Source: Microthyrium microscopicum
Taxonomy: Eukaryota
Length of the DNA stretch: 64,000 bases
Reading direction: 5' to 3'
Assembly (NCBI GenBank): GCA_010405405.1
Contig: MU004235.1
Location: forward strand, 138,538 to 202,537
The notes under the pieces were generated by a model. It worked only from the letters and a program-made list of their open reading frames with translations, did no database searches and was not told the DNA's origin. This document shows positions 48,354-60,052 of the stretch, in pieces (position 1 is the first letter of the stretch; each line of letters starts with the position of its first letter). Position numbers and translations under genes: made by a program.

Positions 48354-49352
48354 ATGTCCACCTTCACCGCCACCACCACCGCCGCAGAAGTAGCCGCCGC
48401 GTATCCCTCCGCCATAACCAACAAAGTCATCCTAACAACCGGCGTATCCCCCAACTCCCTCGGCGCAACCTTCGTCCAAACCCTCGCCGCACACTCCCCC
48501 AAACTGCTCATCCTCGCCGGCCGCAACGTCTCCAAACTCCGCGCCACCCAGGCCGCCATCGAAACTGCCTACCCATCTACGCCAACGCGCCTACTAACCC
48601 TCGACCTCTCCTCCCAATCCGGCGTCCGCACCGCCGCAAAAGAAGTCCTTAGCTACAAAGAACCCATCGACATCCTAGTCAACAACGCCGCCATAATGGC
48701 CAGCCCATTCGCCCTCACGCCCGACAATCTAGAAAGCCAATTCGGCACAAACCACATCGGACACTTTCTCTTCACCGCCCTCATTCTCCCACGCATGCTC
48801 ACCGCCAACGGAGTCCCACGCATCATCAACATCAGCTCCGCGGGCCACAGACTCAGCCGCATCCGCTTTGACGATGTGAACTTCAAAACAGGGTACAACA
48901 AATGGGCAGCGTACGGACAAGCGAAGACAGCGAATATGCTGTTTAGCGTTGAACTTGCTAGACGGTATGGGGATAGGGTGTTGAGTTATAGTGTGCATCC
49001 GGGTATGATTTGGACGAATCTGGGTACACATTTGACGCAGGAGGACTTTGATTCTCAGAAGGTGCTGGATGCGGCGCTGGGGAATGTAGAGGCGAAGCGT
49101 GTGTTGAAAGTTAGCGATTTTGAGACAGGGAGTAGTGCGCTGACGAAAATACCTGGGGGAAAGACGTTGGAGGAGGGAGCGGCGACGCATATGTTTGCCA
49201 TGTGTGCGGATTTGGAGGCCGTGAATGGTGCATATTTGCTAGATTGTAGGGTGGCGAGGCCCGAGGAAGTAAGGAGTGGTGCTGGAGACGGGGAGGAGGC
49301 GAGAAAGCTGTGGAGTTTGAGTGAAGAGATTGTTGGGCAAAAGTTCGATTAG
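48354..49352 (+). CDS. Short-chain dehydrogenase/reductase (retinol dehydrogenase/WWOX-like subgroup)
   Basis: TGVSPNSLG, NNAA, NHIGHF, YGQAK (YxxxK) and VHPG. Probable in-frame 54-nt intron at 49110-49163. Confidence 0.92.
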   Translation: MSTFTATTTAAEVAAAYPSAITNKVILTTGVSPNSLGATFVQTLAAHSPKLLILAGRNVSKLRATQAAIETAYPSTPTRLLTLDLSSQSGVRTAAKEVLSYKEPIDILVNNAAIMASPFALTPDNLESQFGTNHIGHFLFTALILPRMLTANGVPRIINISSAGHRLSRIRFDDVNFKTGYNKWAAYGQAKTANMLFSVELARRYGDRVLSYSVHPGMIWTNLGTHLTQEDFDSQKVLDAALGNVEAKRVLKVSDFETGSSALTKIPGGKTLEEGAATHMFAMCADLEAVNGAYLLDCRVARPEEVRSGAGDGEEARKLWSLSEEIVGQKFD

Positions 49353-49678
49353 TAGTTTTAACGTTTGCAGGAAAGGGGGATGGTAGGAAATGATGGAATA
49401 GATATTGTATCTGAGCTGGTTTAGTGAGGCAAAACTCCTGAAAAAAACGCTCCGAGCTAGAAATGCATGTGCCATCTAATAACGCAAGTTTGCCAACCAA
49501 CAGTAACCAAGAAAGTGGAAAAGGGGGTATCATCAACAAGAAACAGCCGTACCAGGGGCTAAGAAGGAAAATATAAGAATAGCAGAGGGAGTATAAAAGT
49601 TGCCAGAAGAATCACCCCTGGAAGGCCCACTGATTGGAAGAGAAAGGCCCTCCCTCAATGGGTATCAAGATCTGGATA

Positions 49679-51310
49679 TCAGCATCGTCTCTTGACATCC
49701 CACATAACCAGCCCGCGCCGGCCAACTACACGAGCTAACGTGCCCCATACGCCATCGTCCCCGAAATCCAGGTCGTCTAGATTTATGTGAGACGTATGCC
49801 GCCAGCGCTCTTCGAGCACTAGTATTTCTGATGTATTCGTGCTCGTAAACTGATCCAGGAAAGTTGCGCTTGCTGGTGCTACCAACACTACGCCTTCCGT
49901 AGACTTTTTGGTCCAGGTGCTGCACGATATCTCAGCCAAAAGCTGTGCTTGTACGTCAACCCCTGGTTTGCCCATCAAATCAGTTGTCTGGATGTCGCGA
50001 ATACGACCGTCTAGCAGCCAAATAGGCGGACTATATGTCTTCCACCAGTAAACATGTGAAATGCCTTCTGAGCCTGCGACATGTATTTGTGCAGGGACTA
50101 CACCACCTTGGTGGTACACGCCCATCAGGGCACCAAAAGCCAGATTGAAGAGCGTCCATGCCGCGATCCAAGCCCGTGGAAATCGCGGTGGAAGGCGAAT
50201 TGAAGAGAGGATGAGTGGCACCGCGGGAATGAGGAAGCGGGCTTCTTGGTGAGGAAAGAGGCTGAGAACGACAAGTGCACATACAGCACTATAGAGACGA
50301 GTGGAACGGCGGTGGTTGAAGATTAGGAGTGGAAAAGCCGGACCAAGAAGTTGAGGTAGGTTTGCGACAAAGTGTTGATAGAACGGGTGGAGGCCATGTT
50401 TGGCAAGGTTTTCGGGCGCGTAGTTGTAGAGGAAGTTGTTGAGTGGGGTGATTACGGGATGCTTGAATAGCTCGACCCAGGTTGTGACATGCGGGTGATA
50501 GTATGATGTGTCGAAGATTATGACCATGCCAGTGAACAGGAGGCCAAAAAATGATATCGATAGGAAAGCGAGCGGTTTTCGATAGAAGTGTGGGAGGAGT
50601 TTGATACCGGGGACCAGGATATAGGCTGGAAAGGTGATTCGGTTGAATACACCCAATACTATTAGGAAAGCAAGCACCATGCATGGAAGAGCGCCACTTC
50701 GATCCTGTTCATGTTAGCTTCAGCCTTGCGCGCGATCTTCACAATATACCTTGTTTTCAAAGATGCGCTGCATTAACACCAAGCTCCAGAGTACCACCAA
50801 AGTTTCGATCGCATTGGAAAAGGTGTGCGTTTGATATGTCCAAGTAACATAGGAGGATGCTGTGAGCAAGACAGCAATGCGCCGATGCCACGATTTCGAC
50901 ACTAGTTCCAAGATCGCCCAATCTTCAAGCACAAAGCTCAGTGTATACATCAGCACGCGTAATGTCCAGTATACAACATATGGTGGCAGATCGTCTTTCC
51001 ATATTCCATTCCACAGCGATCGCAATATAAGCATCGGGATACCGTAAACAAGCCATAGTGGAAAGGTACTTCGTATAGGAAACTGGGTGGTGAACTCCCA
51101 GGTTTTGTAGACAGGGTAGTCGAAGACTTGACCTGTTCCCAGGAAAATGATTAGCACACCAGGTTCCCCTTGTCATCTATCGCAATGGCCTAGTATCTTA
51201 CCTGCTACAACTTCCGGGCCCTGGAAATTCTCATCTGGATGGAGATAGCTCGGTGATAAGGCAAAGTAGAGCCTCACGACGAGAAGCAGGAGGTATAGGC
51301 GTCTCCACAT
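49679..51310 (-). CDS. smp3: GPI mannosyltransferase 4 (Alg9/Smp3 family)
   Basis: [34 protein letters not shown], intron, WEF...[32 protein letters not shown] and WWKTYSPP. Confidence 0.93.
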
Positions 51311-52330
51311 GGTGGCAGAGAGCTAGTTATTATAGTGATTGGTAGAAGGTAGAAGGTGAAAAGTTCAACACATATAGCGAAAGCGGATCATGGTGTACAA
51401 GAACAGGTATGGCGTGTTTATGCAGGCGGGTCGTCCGTTGGGTTCGTGGTCGCTGTGGTATGTATGGCAACAGGATGTCAGGGCGAGTGCTATGCAGGAG
51501 AGGTAATGAATATGCTTTGAAGGAGGGTGAGGGGTGAACGGCGCGGCCCAGGAAATGTTATGAAAAAGAGGAGATCGAAGAAAAGGAAGTAGATGGGAGG
51601 GAAATGCGACAAATTGCAGACTGTCATCTTTGGGAAATGGTGTTTGCTTGCATCGAGATGCGAAAGGCAGGAACGAAGCTTGGCATAGGTCCATGCTTCT
51701 TTCCGAACACGTCGATAAACGATAAACGTGGGACGCGACTTCTTTTGGCGGTTGCGCACCGGCCATTCCATCTTATCTTATCTCTCTCATCCCTTCTTTC
51801 TACCTCCAATTCAGCATTAAATCTTAAACATACAAGCAACAAGACAGCTTGTATATGATATATTGCTCTTCAGCCATGGTGCTGGGCTTCTCGAAGAATG
51901 CGCTGTTCATCAAGGCCGTCTTAAATTATGCAACTTCTCAACATCTTGATGTCCACGATCGATCGAACGACCCCATGGCTCAGATCTCGGTCGACGAGTG
52001 TCGAGACGATGATTTGCATACTAGCAATTGTGGCAGATCAATTTTGAAGAATTCGATCTAAGGTTCTCTGATGTGAGAGTCAGTGCTCTGGCGAATGACA
52101 GGTGTGACAGGGTGGGCAAGGCTGTCGAGGCTATGTGTCGAGGCTGAGGCCGCTGAACATGTCTGCGATTGGACCAAGAGGGGCCTGGATGCATGTCGCT
52201 GTACGACTCTCATAGTTCGCATCAAACCGCCTTGGACATGGACCCGAGGCCACCTTCTCCATGATAACTCTCTCAAGACATGTAACGATAACACGAAGTC
52301 GCTCGAAAGCATACTGTTTGCACACGCCTG

Positions 52331-54268
52331 ATGGATCCCCTATCTATTATAGGAACAACGGCCAGCCTGGTCGCTATAGTGGCTCATGTAACGGACCTCG
52401 TCGTCAAGTTTGGCACACATGTCCGCGATGCGCGCAAAGAGATGAATGCCCTGAGCGGTGAACTCGGATCTCTCAAAGCTGCCTTGGGAATGCTGGAAGA
52501 GGACTTCAAGAATCCCGGCATAACGATCCCTTGCACGTTACAAGATATTCTAGTGGAATGTGAAGCTGTCATTCATACGCTAGTTCAAGCCTTGGAGAAG
52601 TACAATCAAGAACGCCTGCTGGCTCGCGCAAAGTATGCCTGGTCCGGAAAGGAAACTATGGCTGCATATCGAAGTACGTTATCGGCTCACAACGCAGCTC
52701 TAGTTCTCGCCATCGATGTCATGACATTCTCTCTGACGCGCGAAATTAAAGCTGGTGTTGAACAGACACGGGACAGTGCTATTGGAATCAAGGCAGATAC
52801 CGAGGAAATACTGGATCAAATTGCAAAGCTACAAGCTCAACTACCAGGCTATGGTATCGGAGAGGCTTCAGTTACGTTGCAAAACTATCTAGACGAAGTG
52901 ACTGAATATGCAACGGTTGCAGACGAGTTTGAGCCATACGAGGCGAGTGATACTTCAAGTCAGCATTGCAATATCGAGGACCATAATGCTACTACGAGTA
53001 ATCCTATCATTACTCCCGCCATAGAGATAACTGAAGAAATACAACCAATCTCGCCCGAGTTTGAGAAACCACTTGAGCTTGCCAGTCGGAGTAACTCTCA
53101 GGCAACATCAATCTCAAATTATCTTTCATGGCCATACAAACAGTCGGTAGACATTGGGGACGGGCATGATGGATTCAGTTGGGAGATCGGGTTCGGCATA
53201 CCAGAGCATTATGCAACTATTGGTTTGGAGACACAAAGACATCGAAGATTTCGGGAATCGGTTGAAGAGGTTATGAAAACCATCTCAAACTCTGAATTTG
53301 GACCCAAGAACGGCAGAACCTATGAATCTGGAAAAGACTTTCACCTTGAGCATTACGGCTCGAACGACGAGAACATCGGAGTGATACCTATTCTACGATG
53401 TCCACCTGTAAGAGACAGTATCAAAGAGAAATCAACACTGGCATTATGGATTGCTCAGTTCACCGGTTCTGGCATCTGTTCAAATCACCAGATAAATCTG
53501 AGCTCTGGAACAACTGGGTCAAAAAGAAGTTCCCGCTGGTCATCACCGCTCATGATAGCACTTGAGATGCAAAATTGGCAATGGGTACGTGAGCTAATCA
53601 TTGCTGGGGCCATACCAACAAATAGCAAAGAAGAATCGAGCCTTCAAGATTCGAAAGAGCCGAGAAATTGCCTCCAGGCTGCTGCGGATTGGAATCTCGC
53701 CATGCTCAAATTCTGCCTTACTCAGTTCGAAAAGGTTGACATGGAAGCAACCGCAGCGCTTCGATACGATACACTGATCTCCCTTATACAAGACTGGAAA
53801 TATTTCCCTCACACATATCTTCCTCGCGGGCAAGATACCATAGCCCGCGCTGAGCCAGACACTCTCCGCCTCTATGTCGCAGAACTACTTCTCCTTGCTG
53901 GAAGCCCGCTGAGCCAATCGAGACTGGAAGATGTACTGTTCAAATCAGTTGCGGCCGAGAATGTATTAATGGTGCAGCTACTGCTAGAGAAAGCGCAGGC
54001 AAACCCCAACATTCCTAGTACAAGTTTAGGCTCTCCACTCCATCTAGCCATAGAACGTAGGAACTGGGCCATAGCGAAACTGTTAGTCGGCAACAAGGCC
54101 AATTGCCTGCAACGCTGCTACTCTACGTATGATGACCGATCGCATTTCTTAAACGCTATTGAATGGGCAGCACATCAAGGAACGTTAGGAAAGCTCAACA
54201 AAACCCTGGGAACACAATACAAGGACCCAAGAACGATAAAGCAAAGAATAAGAAGCGGGTTTGTATGA
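52331..54268 (+). CDS. Protein with fungal HeLo-like/STAND N-terminal helical domain and C-terminal ankyrin repeats
   Basis: MDPLSIIGTTASLVAIV...VRDARKEMNALSGELGSL...KYAWSGKE pattern; ankyrin-like SPLMIAL, MVQLLLEKAQANPN and SPLHLAIERRNWAIAKLLV. Confidence 0.8.
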   Translation: MDPLSIIGTTASLVAIVAHVTDLVVKFGTHVRDARKEMNALSGELGSLKAALGMLEEDFKNPGITIPCTLQDILVECEAVIHTLVQALEKYNQERLLARAKYAWSGKETMAAYRSTLSAHNAALVLAIDVMTFSLTREIKAGVEQTRDSAIGIKADTEEILDQIAKLQAQLPGYGIGEASVTLQNYLDEVTEYATVADEFEPYEASDTSSQHCNIEDHNATTSNPIITPAIEITEEIQPISPEFEKPLELASRSNSQATSISNYLSWPYKQSVDIGDGHDGFSWEIGFGIPEHYATIGLETQRHRRFRESVEEVMKTISNSEFGPKNGRTYESGKDFHLEHYGSNDENIGVIPILRCPPVRDSIKEKSTLALWIAQFTGSGICSNHQINLSSGTTGSKRSSRWSSPLMIALEMQNWQWVRELIIAGAIPTNSKEESSLQDSKEPRNCLQAAADWNLAMLKFCLTQFEKVDMEATAALRYDTLISLIQDWKYFPHTYLPRGQDTIARAEPDTLRLYVAELLLLAGSPLSQSRLEDVLFKSVAAENVLMVQLLLEKAQANPNIPSTSLGSPLHLAIERRNWAIAKLLVGNKANCLQRCYSTYDDRSHFLNAIEWAAHQGTLGKLNKTLGTQYKDPRTIKQRIRSGFV

Positions 54269-54458
54269 AAGTATATGGAAGCTCAAGACGTCGCTGTAAT
54301 GTAGTATGAGAACCTGTAACATGAAAGTAATGCTTCAATTCATTTCGCTATCAAATTTGCAAAACGCCTACTAATGCCCATGATCACTACCTACTCAACT
54401 ATGTACAGATCCATTTCTTTGAGCAATGCAAAGCGGATGACAGGAAAATTGCTCATCA

Positions 54459-56524
54459 TTAATGATGTCCATTCGCATCCGCCCCCTGTTTGCCCAAATA
54501 TCGCTCCATGAAATTCACATAATCATACTTGGGCAGCTCAGCATCTTCCGGGGCGCCATTCCCTTTGTGCTCTGGCATAGCTTTGATCATTTCATCCACA
54601 AGATCTTCAGGAATCAGCGAATGCCGGAGGTCAATTTCCGTCACGTATGGCTGCACATTATTAGTATCAGACACTCGCTCACAAATCATGGAACAACCTA
54701 CCTTTCCATCAGCAACCTCCCGGAAGCTCTCAAAAACCTGCTCCGCCGTATTCTGATCTTCCGTAACCTCCACCATAAACTTAATAAACTGCTCGAAAGT
54801 AACATATTCCCGTCCCTGGCTCGTCTCGCGGAATTTATCATGCATTTCCTGTTCATCATAAACGAGTCCCAGACTAGCCAACGCAGCCGAAAATTCAACC
54901 TCGTTGAGCGCATTGCGTAAATTCCGATCGAAATGGCGAAATACAGACTCAAACTCTTCGAGCTGAATAGGCGTGAGGTTGGTCATTTCGCGAGCTACTA
55001 TCTGATTTTCGAGGAAAGCGAGTTTTTTCGACACGGACGACTTTACTAGGCCGAGTTCGTAGACGAGTTCGTCGTAGGTGTAGGTTGTGAAATCGTTTTC
55101 TTCGATCATGGCTTCGTTGCATTGTTGATCGACTTGTGCGATGATTTGGAGGTATTCGTCGAGCGGTTGGAGGTTTTCATTGAGTTTGCGGGTGTGCGTG
55201 AGCTGGTCTTCTACATCGCCTTCTAGACCAGATATGGATATTGAGAGGGTGCTTAGTGCTAGTGCGAGGCCATTTGCTTTGTCGGCGAAGGATTTGCGGA
55301 GCGCGTTTTTGATGTCGCGGATTGTTTCGTTGATGATTTGACTTCGTGATCTTTCATCTTGCATTAGGCCCGCCCATGATCTGTCGAGTGTTTCTATGCA
55401 AAGTTCGACCGGGGGATTGTATGCCGGAAGTCTATATGTGCCAAGTTTGGTCTTGATGTTTCCTAGTAGTCCTGTGAGTTCTGCTTTTTCACCGACCCAC
55501 TTTCTTTTCTTGTGCTTTTTATATTCCGTGAGCAAATTTGCTTGTGCTTTAACATCAGCATACGTCCCTTCAAATTTTGCATCTTTCCACTGTTGTCGCT
55601 GGCCCGCAATCTGTTCCAAGAGCGCTTTCATCCGTTTCTCAAACGAATTCTGCATTTCCCAAGCGCCCTGCATATTGACCACGAACTTCTCCACCCGTCT
55701 TCCCGCATTCTCAACGCGCTCCATGTGCGAAAACGCATGGAACCAATAGGCAATGTAAGTCATCAAGGACCGCTCGTCCGGCTTGGCCACATCACACACA
55801 TCCTCCACATCCAACAAGTCCGGAATGCCAATCTCCTTCGCCGCAATATCAAATGCCAGCTGCATATTGCCCCTATGATCGTTCTTGTCCAGACTATCAT
55901 AATCAATAAGATCCGGCCGATGAATGTCCAGCAGCGCACAAAAGGCTAGCCCGTTATTCCAGCTACTGCTAAAGTCTCGCACCTCAACTTCGTCATAGCA
56001 GGCAGTTTTCCGCTGACACCAGAGAAGCAAGCCCTCCTTGGCGCTTAAACCTTCTTCGTTGATGTCGCTGATGGTGAAACGCAGAATGAGTGTCCATATC
56101 AGACCGAGAATGATTTTACGGTTGCCGTCGACGACATCTTCGGCGCCAATGTTGGTTGTTTGTATGCCGCGGCGCTTGATGAAGTCGAGGGCTATATTGA
56201 CGTTTTCGAAGCGTTGGACGCGGAGTTTGGGCTTGGACGCGTAGCGGCCGAGGGATTCATTGCCGAGAATTTCGAGGAGGTGGACGAGGACGACCTGTTT
56301 TGTGTGAGCTGGGTGCTTATGGATGGGTTACTCTATGGCAGGAGGGAATGTACGCCATCGGAGAGGTCTTTTACGAGGTCTTGGATCTCGACCTCTCGAG
56401 CTTTGAGCTTGCTATTTAGCCTATGTATCGTTAGAAAAGCTCGTTATCTATATTCTGGCGCTTGGTACCATTTGGTAAAGGTTTTCTCTTGGACCTTGAT
56501 CCACTGCTGTTCGAACAGAGCCAT
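54459..56524 (-). CDS. ain1: Alpha-actinin-like protein (CH-CH, spectrin repeats, EF hands)
   Basis: MALFEQQWIKVQEKTFTKW, LxDG, IGAEDVVDGNRKIILGLIWTLILRF, LLLWCQRKT, DFSSSWNNGLAF and KPDERSLMTY. Introns include an in-frame one at 54651-54701. Confidence 0.93.
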
Positions 56525-57163
56525 ATTAAACCGACCCGCCTAAAGCTTCAACAATCACCTATGACGTGCAATGGGCTATCATAGCAGGAAGTACAGGGAC
56601 AGAACCTGCGGAGTGGTGCAAAAGATAAAAAGCAGTTGGTCCAATGCTAGATTTCAGAGATTTAAGCAGTGGGAAAGATTTCGGAAATGATTTGGGTGAG
56701 TTTCATTTCATGATGAAGTGGAAGGTGACTTTTGGCATTGTTGCTGCAAACAAAGCACCCCCTCCACAGGGCAACGGCAGGGCTCCACTCCCTCCACAGA
56801 GTCCACACCACGATTGATTCAGGGGTTAGTTTCAACTCTTCAACCTTTATTTTCACCACCTCCAATTGATCTTCGGCACAGTATTAATTATTCATTACTC
56901 TTATACCTGGGTAGCGCGGTCTATCATCTCTGGTCCTTGTATCTAAGAAATCCAGCTTCACGCCATCGAGCCTCTCGCGCCATGTTCCGCAAGAATAGGA
57001 GAACAATACTAAGAGCTTGGATCTCGAGGAATCTGTGCCGATCATGCTTCATGTCAAGAATAAATTCCCAAAACCTTCCATCCCAACGCCTTGCTGAACC
57101 TGCAAAATCCTTTTCGCCTTTGAACGCCTATTATAATGCCCTTCGTCGAAGCACTATAGATAT

Positions 57164-57634
57164 TCAGAAGCCAAATGGTTTCGACATGGCGGCAACAAAG
57201 TCCATATCCGAACTCTCGTAATGCGCCCAACGTTTCCGTCGCTGCTCACCAGTCCAGCCGAAAAGTTCGAACATGGACCCTGCCGCCAGCGGAAAGACCA
57301 CGAGCAAGCCAGCCGCGCTCAACGCGAACTCCTTCAGCTTTCGGTTGTCGCGTGGAGGTCGTAATGTCTTGTAGAAGAGTGCGCCAGTGTTTGCAGTTTG
57401 AGCGATATGATGGCTAGACTGTAGAGCGGGCATGGTGAGTGGCCATCGAGGAAGCTGCTTGGCTGCCGGCATGGAGCCGGGGATTTGCTTGGTGATGGCA
57501 GCGCGGTTGAGGAGTGTTTGTTGCTTATTGACGAGTTTCCATGCATAGGTAGCTGGAGTTTCCAAAAAGGTGCTGGTGAAGTGCCGTGTTGCGCCTTTGG
57601 AAAGGATTTGCGCGAAGAATCTATCTGCGATCAT
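57164..57634 (-). CDS. Hypothetical small protein with one hydrophobic segment and a basic presequence-like N-terminus
   Basis: 156-aa ORF filling the gap between alpha-actinin and the CREG-like gene; TM-like FALSAAGLLVVFPLAAGSMF; no recognised motif. Confidence 0.45.
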   Translation of the reverse strand: MIADRFFAQILSKGATRHFTSTFLETPATYAWKLVNKQQTLLNRAAITKQIPGSMPAAKQLPRWPLTMPALQSSHHIAQTANTGALFYKTLRPPRDNRKLKEFALSAAGLLVVFPLAAGSMFELFGWTGEQRRKRWAHYESSDMDFVAAMSKPFGF

Positions 57635-58217
57635 GTTGGAGGCTGATGCTATGAACAAATTTATAGAGAGGTATGAGTATGCGTTTTGTGAATATGTGGT
57701 GTTTGGAGGTTTGATGCGGATTTAATGTCTAGGTTTGGACTCTGGATTGCCCTTTCAGATGCTAGTATCTGGTCCTTGAGGTGAAAGGTACCAGTGAAAT
57801 GGAAGGTGTGACCAGAATAAACGACTGCAGTTCACCTCAATACCCAAGTCTGTCAAATTTCGAGTTGTCCTATCTCGTGAGGCTTTGTGTTGCGACGATG
57901 TCTCTATACGCTGATTACTAAAGGCCTCTTTTCTAAAATGGACCATATGTGACCTATGAAGCTCTGGAGTGCTATTTAGCCGTTTCTACCCAGGGCAATG
58001 AGTAGATAATTGCTCATTCTTGGGATATTTTCAAAAGTCAAGCGTACTTTGGAACGTATAGCTTAGTACTACCATAAAAGGCAACTAGGATAGCAAACGA
58101 AGTTAGCCCATGCAAAGACAACCAAACTGGAACCAACAGATCATTGAGTATGTAGGATTTTTTAGGTAGGGGTATTGACGGGTATAGCGTTCTCCATCCA
58201 AGCGCATCTGAGTCCTT

Positions 58218-58958
58218 CTAGAACTCAAATCTTCTGTCAAACCACTTGTGCATCAGGGAAGACTCTTCCTTATCCTCTTCGCCAGGAAGCCTAATGTTCT
58301 CAATATCTTCTTCAGTAACATCTTGCCAGATATTAAGTGGAATGAATCCAATGAATGCCCGATCTCCGAACCCGCCTAGCCAATATATCTCCTTGACAAC
58401 CAGTCTCATCCAAAAGCTCTCATGGATCCGATTGCCGGGCATCCAGACAACTGCATCCGGATGTGATCGCCCGTAGCATAAGGGGATTGCGTTCTTAAAC
58501 ACATCTGTATAATCTATTCTCTCCACTTGTCCGATCAAAGCAAATCGAGGCATCGACATAGCACTGTATGGTGTTGAAGTGGGTGGATGCCAGCGTATCG
58601 ACAGTGTGATATTGCTGCCCGCTGCGGCATTCCGGAAGCTTGACGAGATATGCATCCCAAGCAATGTAGGGTTTCCGGTGGTCGGCTCGCAGTCCGCAAA
58701 GTAGTCCATCAGACCCAGTGGTGTGCCTTCAATATCGGGGTGTGTAGGATTTGAGTTATACACGGTAGAGAGGGTTCCGATGCTCTCCTTGCGGAGAATG
58801 CGGCGTGCCATGGCGGCGGACTCGGGGATGGTTGGAATCCGAGTCGCCGACTCGTCTTTTCGAATAGATGGTAATGTAGATTTCCATGATTGTGGTAATA
58901 CAGCAAAAGCTGCTGTGGAAGAAGCCAAAAAGGTTGAGATTAGGATCGTGGACTTCAT
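58218..58958 (-). CDS. Secreted/vacuolar CREG-like FMN-binding split-barrel (pyridoxamine 5'-phosphate oxidase-like) protein
   Basis: Signal peptide MKSTILISTFLASSTAAFA; ARRIL...GTLSTV, GLMDYFADC, PRFALIG, HPDA-x-x-W and IYWLGGFGD. Confidence 0.85.
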   Translation of the reverse strand: MKSTILISTFLASSTAAFAVLPQSWKSTLPSIRKDESATRIPTIPESAAMARRILRKESIGTLSTVYNSNPTHPDIEGTPLGLMDYFADCEPTTGNPTLLGMHISSSFRNAAAGSNITLSIRWHPPTSTPYSAMSMPRFALIGQVERIDYTDVFKNAIPLCYGRSHPDAVVWMPGNRIHESFWMRLVVKEIYWLGGFGDRAFIGFIPLNIWQDVTEEDIENIRLPGEEDKEESSLMHKWFDRRFEF

Positions 58959-59661
58959 GGTGGTGGTACGCGGGGTGGGTGGGTTTGGTCTTCGGTCGGA
59001 ACCAAACGTGTTCGTATACCAGATAGTGAACAATCCTAAGCATACAAAGTGCAGCCGTTAAACTCGTTAGTCATGAAAAGAAGTATGCCACGAAAGTCTT
59101 GACGACGAAGGTGAGAAAATAGTGGGGAGAGGCATTGCTCGTGTTGAAAGATGCATCAATGATGCTGCATAATAGCCGCGGAAGGCAGCCGCCAAAGGAT
59201 AAATACACGCGTTCATGATAATAACCGTCTCCGGTCTCCCAAACGCCCATCATGGATAACAGTCATCTCACCGCATAAATCAAAGTTTGCATGAAGTTGA
59301 GGAAACTCGGAATATTTCTGTATACTCAGCTGAAGATTAAAGATTTAAGCGCGCCTTGCTGGAGAGTAAGCGCGCCTTCATCACCCAATGAGGTTACCGC
59401 AAGCATGAGCTGACAAATTCGGTCATGTGACCCCACTTTTTCGAGATACCACCAACCAAACCCTCATTTTCCGCGCCACCATCTGCTTTCAAACAGTCAT
59501 CGATCCCACAACCAGTTCTCTCGCAGACTTACCGACATCAAACCTAAAGTGCGCATCCTCTACCATTGCGTAACGACGTTTTCTAATCATCCCATCACCC
59601 AGACTCCATCGACATATCCGCGCACGAGAACACTCGAATCCCTCATACCTAAACCGCAATC

Positions 59662-60052
59662 ATGGGTAAAGTTCAGTACGTCGAACGAGTCCTCCGATTG
59701 ACCAAGTGAGGTGCTAACATACTGATAGCGGATCCCTCGCCCGTGCCGGCAAGGTCAAGTCTCAAACCCCAAAGGTACGCCGCCTCCACACACTCCGGGT
59801 CAACATGATGGGAAAATGGACAGAATAATGGACGGATGGCTTTCGGGACATGGGCTAATGAACAATGGTATAGGTTGAGCCTCAGGAGAAGAAGAAGTCG
59901 CCAAAGGGTCGCGCCCGCAAGAGAATGGTGTACACCCGTCGCTTCGTGAACGTCACATTGACCGGTGGCAAGAGAAAGGTATAGTGCCACATGAATCCTT
60001 CACGCCTGCACCTCTAACGACGCAATAGATGAACCCCAACCCAGGAACATAG
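59662..60052 (+). CDS. rps30: 40S ribosomal protein S30 (eS30), 4 coding exons
   Basis: [62 protein letters not shown]; introns 59676-59728, 59775-59873 and 59979-60028. Absent from the ORF track. Confidence 0.97.

Noticed and set aside
59775..59873. Longer rps30 intron as a possible snoRNA host
   Set aside because: No complete box C (RUGAUGA) and no box D (CUGA) pair visible.
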